DNA of 40,866 bases, taken from NCBI GenBank assembly GCA_019422005.1, contig JAHZEF010000002.1, forward strand, positions 1 to 40,866. The letters run 5' to 3'. The stretch is from Clostridiales bacterium. Its GTDB lineage: Bacteria > Bacillota > Clostridia > Oscillospirales > Oscillospiraceae. Positions 18,133 through 27,258 of this stretch are shown here, in pieces. Made by a program: the position numbers and the translations under genes. How positions within the stretch are numbered: position 1 is the first letter of the stretch; every line of letters starts with the position of its first letter. The notes beneath the pieces were generated by a model that worked only from the letters and a program-made list of their open reading frames with translations, did not search any database and was not told the DNA's origin.

Positions 18133-20265
18133 ATGAAACTAGATTTGCACGCGCTCTTAAATCCCAGGACAATCGCCATTGTCGGCGCATCCGAACGAAG
18201 TGATTTTACTGACAAGGTGCTGAGAAACAACAACAGCCGGGGCTTTTCCGGAAAGATTTACTTGGTTAATCCCAAACGGGAAACGGTCTTCGGCCAGAGA
18301 TGCTACAGAAGCCTGGAGGAGGTTCCGGAACCTGTTGACGTGGCGGCGCTGTCGATTCCGGCCGCGTCAATTCTGGACGTGGTACGCCAGGGGATCGCCT
18401 GCGGCGTCAAGCATTTTGTGATCAACGCCGCAGGCTTTGGCGAGGCAAGCGAAGAGGGCAAGGCACGCCAGAAAGAATTGAAAGCGCTTTGTGAAGCACA
18501 TAACGTCGGGGTAATCGGGCCCAACTGCCTGGGATATGCAAATGTGAAAGACAGCGTGTACATCTACGGGGCAGGCGTGCCGGATTGTCTCCATGCCGGG
18601 AACGTCGGGGCGATCTCCCAAAGCGGTTCTGTTTCAATCGCCCTGTTAAACAATGGGCACAACTTTGGATTCTCTTATGTCGTCTCCACCGGAAACGAGA
18701 TGGTCATTGCCGCCGAAGACCTGCTGGAATACTACATCCATGACCCTGACACCAGGGTAATCGCCATGTTTTTGGAAGGGATCCGCCATCCGAAGCGGTT
18801 TATGGAACTGGCTTCCCGGGCACTGGAGGCAGGCAAGCCGATTGTTGCCCTGAAAGTCGGCCTGACCGACCGCGGAAGCCGGATCTCCAAAGGCCACACC
18901 GGATCCCTGGCAGGTTCCGGGCGCGTCAATGAGGCGGCTATGGAAAAAGCGGGCGTCATTCAGGTCTACGATCTTGATGAGATGTTTGAAACCGTAGAGC
19001 TCCTGAGCAAAGTGCGCCGGCCAAAGGGGCCCAGAATTGCATTGACGAGTATTTCCGGCGGAGAGTTGGGAATTTGTGCGGATATGTGCGAGCGGCTGCA
19101 CTTAAACCTTGCAGAATTTACCGACGCAACCAAGTCGGCCGTCCGCAGGCACATGGGCCTGGGCGAACTGGTGCCTGTGATGAACCCTTATGACGCCGGC
19201 GCCGGCTGGCGGCCAACCGGGTTTGAAGAGCGGCTTTCCGAATGCCTCCGCATGCTGGCGGACGACCCCAATGTGGACTCTCTGATTGTGATGCAGCAAT
19301 CCCAGGCGTCATTTGATCAGGGCCAGGTCAGTTACTATACCACAATCGCCCGTGCAGTCGCCCAATGCTCCAAAATTACCGAGAAGCCGGTGATCTATAC
19401 CTCCAATGTGGCGGCCGGGTTCCACAGGGGCATTACCTGTCACATTGAGGAAGCGGGGCTTCCGCTTCTTCAATCCATGGGTACGGCACTGCTGGCCGTC
19501 TCCCATATGAACTGGTATTATGCGCAGCAGAACAAAACCCGACCCGAAGCCGGACTGCCGGATCCGGCGCGCGTTTCAGCTGCAATCCAATCCCTGCCGG
19601 CCGGAACAGCTTATCTGGGCGAGCGGGAAACCAAGCGGCTGCTGGCTGACTACGGCATCCCCGTGACAAAGGAGAGGCTGGCCGTTTCCGCTGAGGAAGC
19701 TGCTGCGGCCGCCGAAGAGATCGGCTTTCCCGTTGTAATGAAAATCGAATCGCCGGATATCATCCATAAATCCGACGCAGGCGGCGTCATACTGAACCTT
19801 TCCAATGGAAACGCAGTCCGCAGGGCATTCGGCCATATGATGGAAACCGTTGCGGCCAAACGGCCGGACGCAGCGTTGAAGGGGGTTGTCATAAGCCGGC
19901 AGGCGCCGTCCGGCGTTGAGCTGATTCTGGGCGTCAAGCAGGACGCGCAGTTCGGGCCTGTCGTCATGCTGGGATTGGGCGGCATTATGGTGGAGGCGCT
20001 GAACATGGTGAAGCTGGCATTGCCGCCGTTTAACCGGGAAACTGCGCTGGAATTCATCCGCGCCATCCCCGGCGCCAGGGTATTGGACGCGTTCCGCGGC
20101 CAGCCGGCACGGGATCTGGAGGCGTTGGCTGACGCAATCGTGCGGCTGGGGCAGCTGGCAATCGATGGTCAGAACCTGTTCTCCGAACTGGACATCAATC
20201 CAATCGTGGTCTTTCCGGAGGGCGAGGGCTGCTGCGCGCTGGACGGGAGGATCATTCTGAATTAG
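18133..20265 (+). CDS. Acyl-CoA ligase (ADP-forming), fused CoA-binding + ATP-grasp
   Basis: GPNCLG, ISQSG, STGNE, HTGSLAG phospho-His, HKSDAGGV, FGPVVMLGLGG, ELDINP. Confidence 0.93.
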   Translation: MKLDLHALLNPRTIAIVGASERSDFTDKVLRNNNSRGFSGKIYLVNPKRETVFGQRCYRSLEEVPEPVDVAALSIPAASILDVVRQGIACGVKHFVINAAGFGEASEEGKARQKELKALCEAHNVGVIGPNCLGYANVKDSVYIYGAGVPDCLHAGNVGAISQSGSVSIALLNNGHNFGFSYVVSTGNEMVIAAEDLLEYYIHDPDTRVIAMFLEGIRHPKRFMELASRALEAGKPIVALKVGLTDRGSRISKGHTGSLAGSGRVNEAAMEKAGVIQVYDLDEMFETVELLSKVRRPKGPRIALTSISGGELGICADMCERLHLNLAEFTDATKSAVRRHMGLGELVPVMNPYDAGAGWRPTGFEERLSECLRMLADDPNVDSLIVMQQSQASFDQGQVSYYTTIARAVAQCSKITEKPVIYTSNVAAGFHRGITCHIEEAGLPLLQSMGTALLAVSHMNWYYAQQNKTRPEAGLPDPARVSAAIQSLPAGTAYLGERETKRLLADYGIPVTKERLAVSAEEAAAAAEEIGFPVVMKIESPDIIHKSDAGGVILNLSNGNAVRRAFGHMMETVAAKRPDAALKGVVISRQAPSGVELILGVKQDAQFGPVVMLGLGGIMVEALNMVKLALPPFNRETALEFIRAIPGARVLDAFRGQPARDLEALADAIVRLGQLAIDGQNLFSELDINPIVVFPEGEGCCALDGRIILN

Positions 20266-20268
20266 GCG

Positions 20269-21075
20269 GTGGAAAAATTGGATTTTATAATTTATGAAAA
20301 AAAAGACTGCTTTGCCTCCATTGCGCTGAACCGGCCGAAAAAGCTGAACGCTCTCAACGATCAGATGCTCACGGAGGTACGGGAAGCCCTGCTTGATGCG
20401 GATGCGGACGAGCAAATCAGGGTGGTGATCCTCAAAGGGAACGGACGCGCATTTTCCGCAGGTTTCGACGTGTCGGCAGACCAGACGCCAAAGGTCACAC
20501 CGGCCGACTGGAACGGGCATTTTTCCAATGCATGGAAGACGTTTATGACAATCTGGGACATGGAAAAGCCGGTAATCGCGCAGGTGCAGGGGCATTGCCT
20601 GGGCGGCGGCTTCGATCTGACAATGGCTTGTGATCTGACAATCGCAGCAGAAAACGCCCAGTTCGGAGAACCGGAAGTCCTTTTTGCCGGCACCTGCATG
20701 TTTCTGCTGCTGCCCTGGCTGACAACAATGAAACTCTGCAAGCAGATTCTGCTGACCGGTGAACCGATCAGCGCTGAGCGGGCCCTGGAACTGGGCCTGA
20801 TCAATCAGATGGTCCCTCTGGAATCCCTGGAACAGGCCGTTCTGAATCTGGCCAAAAAACTGGCGCGCCTCCCGCTGGGAACGCCAAACCAAAACAAGCG
20901 CCTGATCAACCGGGCCTACGAATTGATGAATGTCCGTGAAGCACTGACGCTCAGCAGGGATCACGCCGTCCATGTTCTGCTCTCAAAGGACGGGGAAGCT
21001 TTGGAGTTCGACCGGATCGTAGAGCAGGAGGGTTTAAAGGCGGCCCTTCGCTGGCGGGAAGCGAAATTCCCATGA
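20269..21075 (+). CDS. Crotonase-superfamily protein (non-canonical)
   Basis: FSAGFDV, GHCLGGGFDL, FGEPEV; similar to 17299-18105. Confidence 0.9.
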   Translation: MEKLDFIIYEKKDCFASIALNRPKKLNALNDQMLTEVREALLDADADEQIRVVILKGNGRAFSAGFDVSADQTPKVTPADWNGHFSNAWKTFMTIWDMEKPVIAQVQGHCLGGGFDLTMACDLTIAAENAQFGEPEVLFAGTCMFLLLPWLTTMKLCKQILLTGEPISAERALELGLINQMVPLESLEQAVLNLAKKLARLPLGTPNQNKRLINRAYELMNVREALTLSRDHAVHVLLSKDGEALEFDRIVEQEGLKAALRWREAKFP

Positions 21076-21117
21076 AAATACAAATCTGCAAAATTATATC
21101 GTGTTATTTTCTGCAGA

Positions 21118-21133
21118 TTGTGCAATTCTACAA
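21118..21133. promoter_or_regulatory. Putative CdaR/PucR-family operator upstream of the ABC transporter
   Basis: TTGT-GCAATTCT-ACAA in an AT-rich intergenic region. Confidence 0.55.
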
Positions 21134-21240
21134 AAAACAGCTCCATTTTTCTTGCTTTAGCATGATGTAATGATCAAATCAGACAATGTAAAATAAGGAT
21201 GGTCAACAGTCTCAGCTTACACGAACAAAGGAGGAACATC

Positions 21241-22395
21241 ATGAAAAGAAAACTCGCTCTGCTTCTTGCCGTCATTCTATGCCTTGCATTTACGCTCAGC
21301 GCCTGCAGCGGGCCGGCCGGCTCCGACGCCGGTCAGGATGCATCGCCTTCCGGCACAGACGGGCCGGCGCCGTCAGACGACGGAGGCGTAATGCCTGTGA
21401 AAATCGGTTTCGCATTCAACGGCGTCGTCAACAGTTCCGCCTGGCTGAAAACCTTGGACAATGCCCGTATATACGTGGAGGAAAACTGCGAGGACGTCAC
21501 AACTGTCTCCGTGGAAAACGTTATGGACGGTTCCGATGTTGTTCGCGTATTCAACGAATTCATCAACGACGGCTGCAACATCGTGGTCGGAACGTCGTTC
21601 TCCTTCCTGGAATATATGCATGAAATCGCCGCAGAACATCCGGACGTGGTATTCCTGAACGCCTCCGGCTATGACACGGCAGAAAACCTGTCTATTTTTA
21701 TCGGGCGCCTGGAGGACGCCAAATTCCTGGCCGGCATGGTGGCGGGCAGCGTCACGGAATCCAACATGATTGGATATTGTTCCAGCATGCCGTTTGCAGA
21801 TCCCGTCAAGCAGGTCAATGCTTTTGCATTGGGCGTAAAGGCAGTGAATCCCGACGCAAAGGTCCATCTGCTTTGGTCAAATTCCTTCTACGATCCCGCT
21901 ACAGACCGGCTCTGTGCCAATACGCTGATTGATCAGGGCTGCGACGTGATCACACAGGATCTGGATTCCGCCGTCCCCGTACAGACAGCGGAAGAGCGCG
22001 GCGTTTGGGCCATCGCTTCGCATTACGATATGATCGAATACGCGCCCACAAAGCAGCTTACAGCGACAATCTGGGATTGGGGCCCCTGGATGGCCAAGAC
22101 CATTGAGGAAGTCCGCGCAGGCACCTTCCAAGGCAGCTGGAATGAATTGACCTTTGCCGACGGCGCCATGCGCCTGGCCGAGTTTAACGAAGCCGTCAGC
22201 CAGGAAACCATCGCTTTGGTGGAGGAGACGCAGGAGCTGTTTGCAAACGATGAAAAATGGGTGTTTGAAGGGCCGCTTTACGACAATGAGGGAAATCTGA
22301 AAGTCGCTGAAGGGGAAGTCCTGAAAGGGGAAGACTTGTATGTAATGGACTGGCTGGTGGATAACGTGGTGGGAAGCGTAACCAGCACCCAGTAA
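21241..22395 (+). CDS. BMP-family ABC substrate-binding lipoprotein
   Basis: AGGAGG RBS; lipobox LSAC; GTSFSF, NAFALGVKAVNP, SFYDP, LIDQGCDVI. Confidence 0.92.
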   Translation: MKRKLALLLAVILCLAFTLSACSGPAGSDAGQDASPSGTDGPAPSDDGGVMPVKIGFAFNGVVNSSAWLKTLDNARIYVEENCEDVTTVSVENVMDGSDVVRVFNEFINDGCNIVVGTSFSFLEYMHEIAAEHPDVVFLNASGYDTAENLSIFIGRLEDAKFLAGMVAGSVTESNMIGYCSSMPFADPVKQVNAFALGVKAVNPDAKVHLLWSNSFYDPATDRLCANTLIDQGCDVITQDLDSAVPVQTAEERGVWAIASHYDMIEYAPTKQLTATIWDWGPWMAKTIEEVRAGTFQGSWNELTFADGAMRLAEFNEAVSQETIALVEETQELFANDEKWVFEGPLYDNEGNLKVAEGEVLKGEDLYVMDWLVDNVVGSVTSTQ

Positions 22396-22421
22396 GCCGC
22401 ATCCCTGGTTTCCAATGAAAA

Positions 22422-22463
22422 GCGGGCCGGGCCTTGTTCCTGTATGACTGGGGCCCGGCCCGC
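22422..22463 (+). other. Intercistronic stem-loop after binding-protein gene
   Basis: GCGGGCCGGGCC...GGCCCGGCCCGC, no U-tract. Confidence 0.6.
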
Positions 22464-22532
22464 CTGCAGCAAAACCTGATCTGCCGCCGGTTCAAAACAC
22501 GAAAAATTTATTCGGTGAGGGAGGAATTGGCC

Positions 22533-24065
22533 GTGCCTGCACCAACAGTAGAGATGAAACACATTACAAAGCGGTTTCCCGGCACACTTGCCAATAACAG
22601 TGTGGATTTTACGGCTTATCGAGGAGAAATACACGCACTGTTGGGCGAGAACGGAGCCGGGAAAAGCACGCTGATGAGCATTTTGACAGGGGTTCTGCGA
22701 CCGGATGAGGGAGAAATTCTCATCCGCGGCAAAAAAATGATCATGAGGGCGCCGAAAGATTCCCTCGCCTGCGGCGTCGGTATGATCTATCAGCATTTTA
22801 AACTGATCCGTCCCTTTACCGTCGCTGAGAATATTGTAATGGGCCTGGATACCGTTCGTGTGCTGCGCCGGCGGAAGATCGAGAAAAGCGTACAGGCAAT
22901 CGCCCAAAAGTATGACCTGGAAATTTCCCCCTCCAGCTATATTTGGCAGCTTTCAGTGGGGGAACAGCAGCGTGTTGAGATCATCAAGGTCTTATATCTG
23001 GGGGCAGATATTTTAATACTGGATGAGCCCACGGCAGTTCTGACGCCGCAGGAAGTAACCGCGCTGTTCCGAACGCTGCGGAAAATGGCGGACGACGGCT
23101 GTACCATCATATTTATCACACATAAAATGAGCGAAGTGATGGAGTACGCCGACCGTATCACCGTGCTCCGCGGCGGGGAAACGGTAGCCACCATGTCAAA
23201 GCAGGAGACCACGCCCCAGGAGCTGGCCCGGCAAATGGTGGGCCAGGAAGTCAGCACGGTACGGATCAATCAAAAGAACACCGTGAGCGACGTCGTGCTG
23301 AAAGTACGGGATCTGTGTGTAAGAAACGACAAGGGCCTGGAAGCGGTTGATCATTTAAGCTTCGATCTCCGGGCCGGTGAAATCCTCGGGATCGCCGGCG
23401 TCTCCGGCAATGGGCAGAAGGAATTGTGCGAAGCGTTGACCGGGCTGCGGAAAAAAGAAGCCGGAACCGTCACGCTGAGAGGCGGGCGGATCGAGAAATT
23501 TACCGCACGGCAGATCCTGGATGCCGGTGTATCGTTTATTCCGGAGGACCGTTACGGCACCGGCCTTATTGCAGAACTGTCCGTGCTGGAAAATGCCAGC
23601 ATCCGCTGTTATTACAAGCCGAAATTCTGCAGGCATAAGGTTTTAAACCGGAAAAAACTGTTGGAACAGGCCCGGCAGTTCATCGGCACCTTTCAGATCA
23701 AGGTCAACGGTCCGGAAGCCCTGGTAAAAAGCATGTCGGGAGGCAACGCCCAGAAGCTGATCCTCGCAAGGGAAACGGCAGAGGCCCCGGCCGTTATCAT
23801 TGCCGCCTACCCGGTCCGCGGCCTGGACATTCTTGCAACGGACTTCATCCACAGAACATTGGTTCAAGAAAAAAATAACGGCGCAGCAATCCTGCTGGTC
23901 TCCGAAGATCTGGACGAAATTTTTTCCTGCGCAGACCGGGTAGCAGTTCTGTATGAAGGCAATTTCACGGCGGAAATGCCGGTTGAACAAGCAGAGCGCG
24001 AAACGTTGGGTCTGGCAATGGCCGGCACAAAGATGGGAAGGTATGATTATGAAACCCAGAAATGA
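22533..24065 (+). CDS. ABC transporter ATP-binding protein (two-domain, CUT2/nucleoside type)
   Basis: GENGAGKST, LSVGEQQRVEI, LDEPT, GVSGNGQ, MSGGNAQK; GTG start after GGAGG. Confidence 0.93.
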   Translation: MPAPTVEMKHITKRFPGTLANNSVDFTAYRGEIHALLGENGAGKSTLMSILTGVLRPDEGEILIRGKKMIMRAPKDSLACGVGMIYQHFKLIRPFTVAENIVMGLDTVRVLRRRKIEKSVQAIAQKYDLEISPSSYIWQLSVGEQQRVEIIKVLYLGADILILDEPTAVLTPQEVTALFRTLRKMADDGCTIIFITHKMSEVMEYADRITVLRGGETVATMSKQETTPQELARQMVGQEVSTVRINQKNTVSDVVLKVRDLCVRNDKGLEAVDHLSFDLRAGEILGIAGVSGNGQKELCEALTGLRKKEAGTVTLRGGRIEKFTARQILDAGVSFIPEDRYGTGLIAELSVLENASIRCYYKPKFCRHKVLNRKKLLEQARQFIGTFQIKVNGPEALVKSMSGGNAQKLILARETAEAPAVIIAAYPVRGLDILATDFIHRTLVQEKNNGAAILLVSEDLDEIFSCADRVAVLYEGNFTAEMPVEQAERETLGLAMAGTKMGRYDYETQK

Positions 24066-25146
24066 GCTTCCGCGTTTGGTATTGGAGAAAAGGCTGTCGT
24101 GTCCCAAATGGCTGCGGATGGTCAATCCGGTGATTGCCGTAATCCTGGGATTGCTGTTTTCAGCCGTATTCATTCGCGCCAGCGGCGTAAGGCCGCTGGA
24201 AGTCTATGCGGCCATGTTTGAAGGCAGCTTCGGTTCCGTGTATGCACTCAGCGAAACCGGCGTGAAAATGATTCCGCTTCTCATGATTGCCGTCGGCTGC
24301 TGCATCTCCTTCCGTATGGGCCTGTGGAACGCCGGCGCCGAGGGGCAGATCTACATTGCAGGCGCTGTATCCACATGGGTCATTATCTCACTCCCGGCTT
24401 CCACACCGACTGCCGCCACTTTGCTGCTCGCATTTTTGGCCGCCTTCGTGTCGGCAGGTTTTTACGGGCTGATTGCAGGGATCCTGAAGCTGAAATGGGG
24501 CGTCAGCGAACTGATCGTCACATTGATGCTGAACTATATCGGAACACTGTTCATCAACTATCTGCTCCAGGGCCCCCTGAAAGATCCGGACACCTATACG
24601 CCGATGGTCTCAAAAATGTTTGCGTCCAACGGCCAGCTTCCCACATTGGGGAACACCCGGCTGCATTATGGATTATTCATCGCGCTGTTTCTGGCCTTGG
24701 GCTGCTGGTGGATTTTTCAGAAAACCACATGGGGATTTGAATCAAAACTGATCGGCAGTTCCCAGCAGGTGGCGCTCTATTCAGGGATCTCTGTAAACAA
24801 ATACATCATTGTGGGCATGTTCATCAGCGCGGGCATCTGCGGTATGGTGGGCGCCAACGAGGTCTGCGGCATCACGCACCGCTTGAGCACGCGGTTCGCC
24901 AATGATTTGGGATTCTCCGGCATGACGGTGGCCTATCTTGCCCAATTGAATCCTCTGGCATGCATTCTGGTCGCCTTCCTGTTCGGCGCACTGATGGTGG
25001 GCGGCAGTTCCATGCAGCGGATCGGCCTTCCGACCACAGGCGTCCAGATGCTTCAGGGCGCAATTTTGTTCTTTGTGGTCATGGGAGACGTACTGACAAA
25101 ATACCGGGTCGTGCTGAAGGGCAGCAGGAGGGCAAGCGATGTTTGA
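24043..25146 (+). CDS. ABC transporter permease
   Basis: Polytopic; WNAGAEGQ, SELIVTLMLNY motifs of nucleoside-type permeases. Confidence 0.9.
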   Translation: MIMKPRNELPRLVLEKRLSCPKWLRMVNPVIAVILGLLFSAVFIRASGVRPLEVYAAMFEGSFGSVYALSETGVKMIPLLMIAVGCCISFRMGLWNAGAEGQIYIAGAVSTWVIISLPASTPTAATLLLAFLAAFVSAGFYGLIAGILKLKWGVSELIVTLMLNYIGTLFINYLLQGPLKDPDTYTPMVSKMFASNGQLPTLGNTRLHYGLFIALFLALGCWWIFQKTTWGFESKLIGSSQQVALYSGISVNKYIIVGMFISAGICGMVGANEVCGITHRLSTRFANDLGFSGMTVAYLAQLNPLACILVAFLFGALMVGGSSMQRIGLPTTGVQMLQGAILFFVVMGDVLTKYRVVLKGSRRASDV

Positions 25147-26071
25147 GGCAATTTTATTGGGGGTTTTGACCTCTATGGTGGTGCAGGGCACGCCCCTGCT
25201 CCTGACCGCCATGGGTGAAATTGTAGACCAACGTGCCGGCACGCTGAATCTGGGATTGGAAGGCCTGATGCTGGTCGGAGCCATTTGCGGCTTTATCACC
25301 GCACAGAACACCGGGAATCTGGCGCTGGGTTTTCTGGCCGGTGGGGCCGCCGGCGCCGGTCTGGCGGTAATTCACGGTTTCCTTTCAATTTCTTTTCGTG
25401 TTCATCAGGCCATCTGCGGCCTGGCGCTCAACATGTTTGCCAGCGGGCTCAGCGGTTTTATCGGGCGAAACTACCTGGGACAGGCAATGAGCGTCTCCAT
25501 GGAAAACCATGCAATCCCGCTGCTCTCCAAAATTCCTTATATCGGCCCTGTATTTTTCAACACGGATTTCATGGTATATTTCACTTACCTCCTCGTTCCC
25601 GCCCTGATGTTCTTTCTCTTCAAAACACAGGCCGGTCTGCGGCTGCGCGCCTGCGGTGAAAACCCGACTGCGGCATATTCCCGTGGGATTCATGTGAACA
25701 GGATGCGGTATCTGGCAGTGATCTTCGGCGGCTTTATGGCCGGCCTGAGTGGCGCATACCTGGTCTTTAAAGCGGTTCCGACCTGGGTGGAGGGGCTGAC
25801 CGGAGGACGGGGATGGATTGCGCTGGCCGTCGTCACCGTCTCCATGTGGAAGCCGTCCACCGCAATGATTTATGCATTTTTATACGGCTGCGTGGAATCC
25901 CTTGCCTATCAGTTTCAGGGGATCGGCGTGGGCATTCCGGCGGTTATTTTAAAAATGCTTCCTTATGCGTTTACCATTCTGGCCATGTGGGTCGTCTCCA
26001 TCCGCAGTAAGCGGCACGGGATCGTAGGGCCGGCTGCCTGCGGCAGCGCTTTTACACCGGAGGAGGGATAA
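25139..26071 (+). CDS. ABC transporter permease
   Basis: GTLNLGLEG, GLRLRACGENP, GRGWIALA, MLPY. Confidence 0.92.
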   Translation: MFEAILLGVLTSMVVQGTPLLLTAMGEIVDQRAGTLNLGLEGLMLVGAICGFITAQNTGNLALGFLAGGAAGAGLAVIHGFLSISFRVHQAICGLALNMFASGLSGFIGRNYLGQAMSVSMENHAIPLLSKIPYIGPVFFNTDFMVYFTYLLVPALMFFLFKTQAGLRLRACGENPTAAYSRGIHVNRMRYLAVIFGGFMAGLSGAYLVFKAVPTWVEGLTGGRGWIALAVVTVSMWKPSTAMIYAFLYGCVESLAYQFQGIGVGIPAVILKMLPYAFTILAMWVVSIRSKRHGIVGPAACGSAFTPEEG

Positions 26072-26073
26072 AC

Positions 26074-26832
26074 GTGGCTCTGACCGTGACCGCATTAAAA
26101 ATGGGCGTTCTCCTGTTGGAAAAGGCATTCGACGGCATCCAAAAGCGAACGCCGATTCGTCAGCCCGTCTGGGCCGCCGCCATTTCCGGCGGGGAGCGAA
26201 AAATCCTTGTGGATACCGGGCTCCACGACAGCCAATGGATTTCCCAAAACTGTGTTCCATGCGAGATTGGGCCGGAGGAAACCATGGAAGCCTCGCTTGC
26301 CCGGATTGGCTGGCGCCTGGAAGATGTGGAGATTGTTGTCAATACGCATCTGCATTACGACCATGTGGGAAACAACCCGCGGTTTCCAGGCGCGCTGTTT
26401 TACACCGGATATCAGGAATGGGAAACGGCATTCCATCCCCCGGCCTCGCAGGCATTCCTCTATGAAAACACGCGCCAGCTTTATGACCAGCGCGGCGTCC
26501 GGCCGGACCACTGGATCCTCGTGAGCCAGGAGCTGGAATTGATTCCCGGCGTCCGGCTGCTTCCAACGCCGGGCCACACGGAGGGGCACTTGTCCGTTCT
26601 GGTGGAGACAGCGGAAGGCGTCGTTTGCATTGCAGGCGATGCGGTTATGTTTATGGAAAATCTGGAAGCAGGCTACGTCAATCTGCTGCACACCGACCGG
26701 GACGCCTGCCTGCGTTCCTACCATCTGATTCAAGCCCGCGCAGACCGGGTGTTCCCGGGCCATTCCGAACGAATCTTCCCGTTTCAAACCCGGGGGTTTC
26801 CATTGATTCCAAACCATAAAAAAGGCGGTTGA
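26074..26832 (+). CDS. Metallo-beta-lactamase-fold lactonase (AHL-lactonase family)
   Basis: LVDTG, THLHYDH, TPGHTEGH, AGDA, PGH. Confidence 0.88.
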   Translation: MALTVTALKMGVLLLEKAFDGIQKRTPIRQPVWAAAISGGERKILVDTGLHDSQWISQNCVPCEIGPEETMEASLARIGWRLEDVEIVVNTHLHYDHVGNNPRFPGALFYTGYQEWETAFHPPASQAFLYENTRQLYDQRGVRPDHWILVSQELELIPGVRLLPTPGHTEGHLSVLVETAEGVVCIAGDAVMFMENLEAGYVNLLHTDRDACLRSYHLIQARADRVFPGHSERIFPFQTRGFPLIPNHKKGG

Positions 26833-26838
26833 TATACC

Positions 26839-27258
26839 ATGGCATTTCAAATTACAAAAGCGCTGGCAGCTGCGTTTGCCTGTGACTGGTATAACGCTGT
26901 GGACAGTCATACACCCGTTCAGCTGTTGATGGAGCGGACGGTCGGATCAGAATTTCGGGTGCATTTTCCGGGAAGGGATCTGCGCTATGATGACTTTCTG
27001 GCCTGGTATGAAAATGATATCCACACCCATTTTGACGGACGGCACAGAATCCACTCCATGGAAATCGAGACAACCGGGGATCAGGCTGTTGTTCTGCTGC
27101 ATATCACCTGGAAGGCACGGCGCTGGACGCCGCCGGCAGCCTACAGTGAAGAAGTAACCTTGACGCCTGATGTGACAATGCATATAGAAGCATGCGGGGA
27201 GGAAAGCAAAATACTCCTGCGCTCTTATCATGTTGCAGACCGGGAGGCAGAGACATGA
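26839..27258 (+). CDS. SnoaL/NTF2-like protein
   Basis: 139 aa; WYNAVD..F..WY..H pattern and beta-rich C-terminus; in operon. Confidence 0.65.
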   Translation: MAFQITKALAAAFACDWYNAVDSHTPVQLLMERTVGSEFRVHFPGRDLRYDDFLAWYENDIHTHFDGRHRIHSMEIETTGDQAVVLLHITWKARRWTPPAAYSEEVTLTPDVTMHIEACGEESKILLRSYHVADREAET

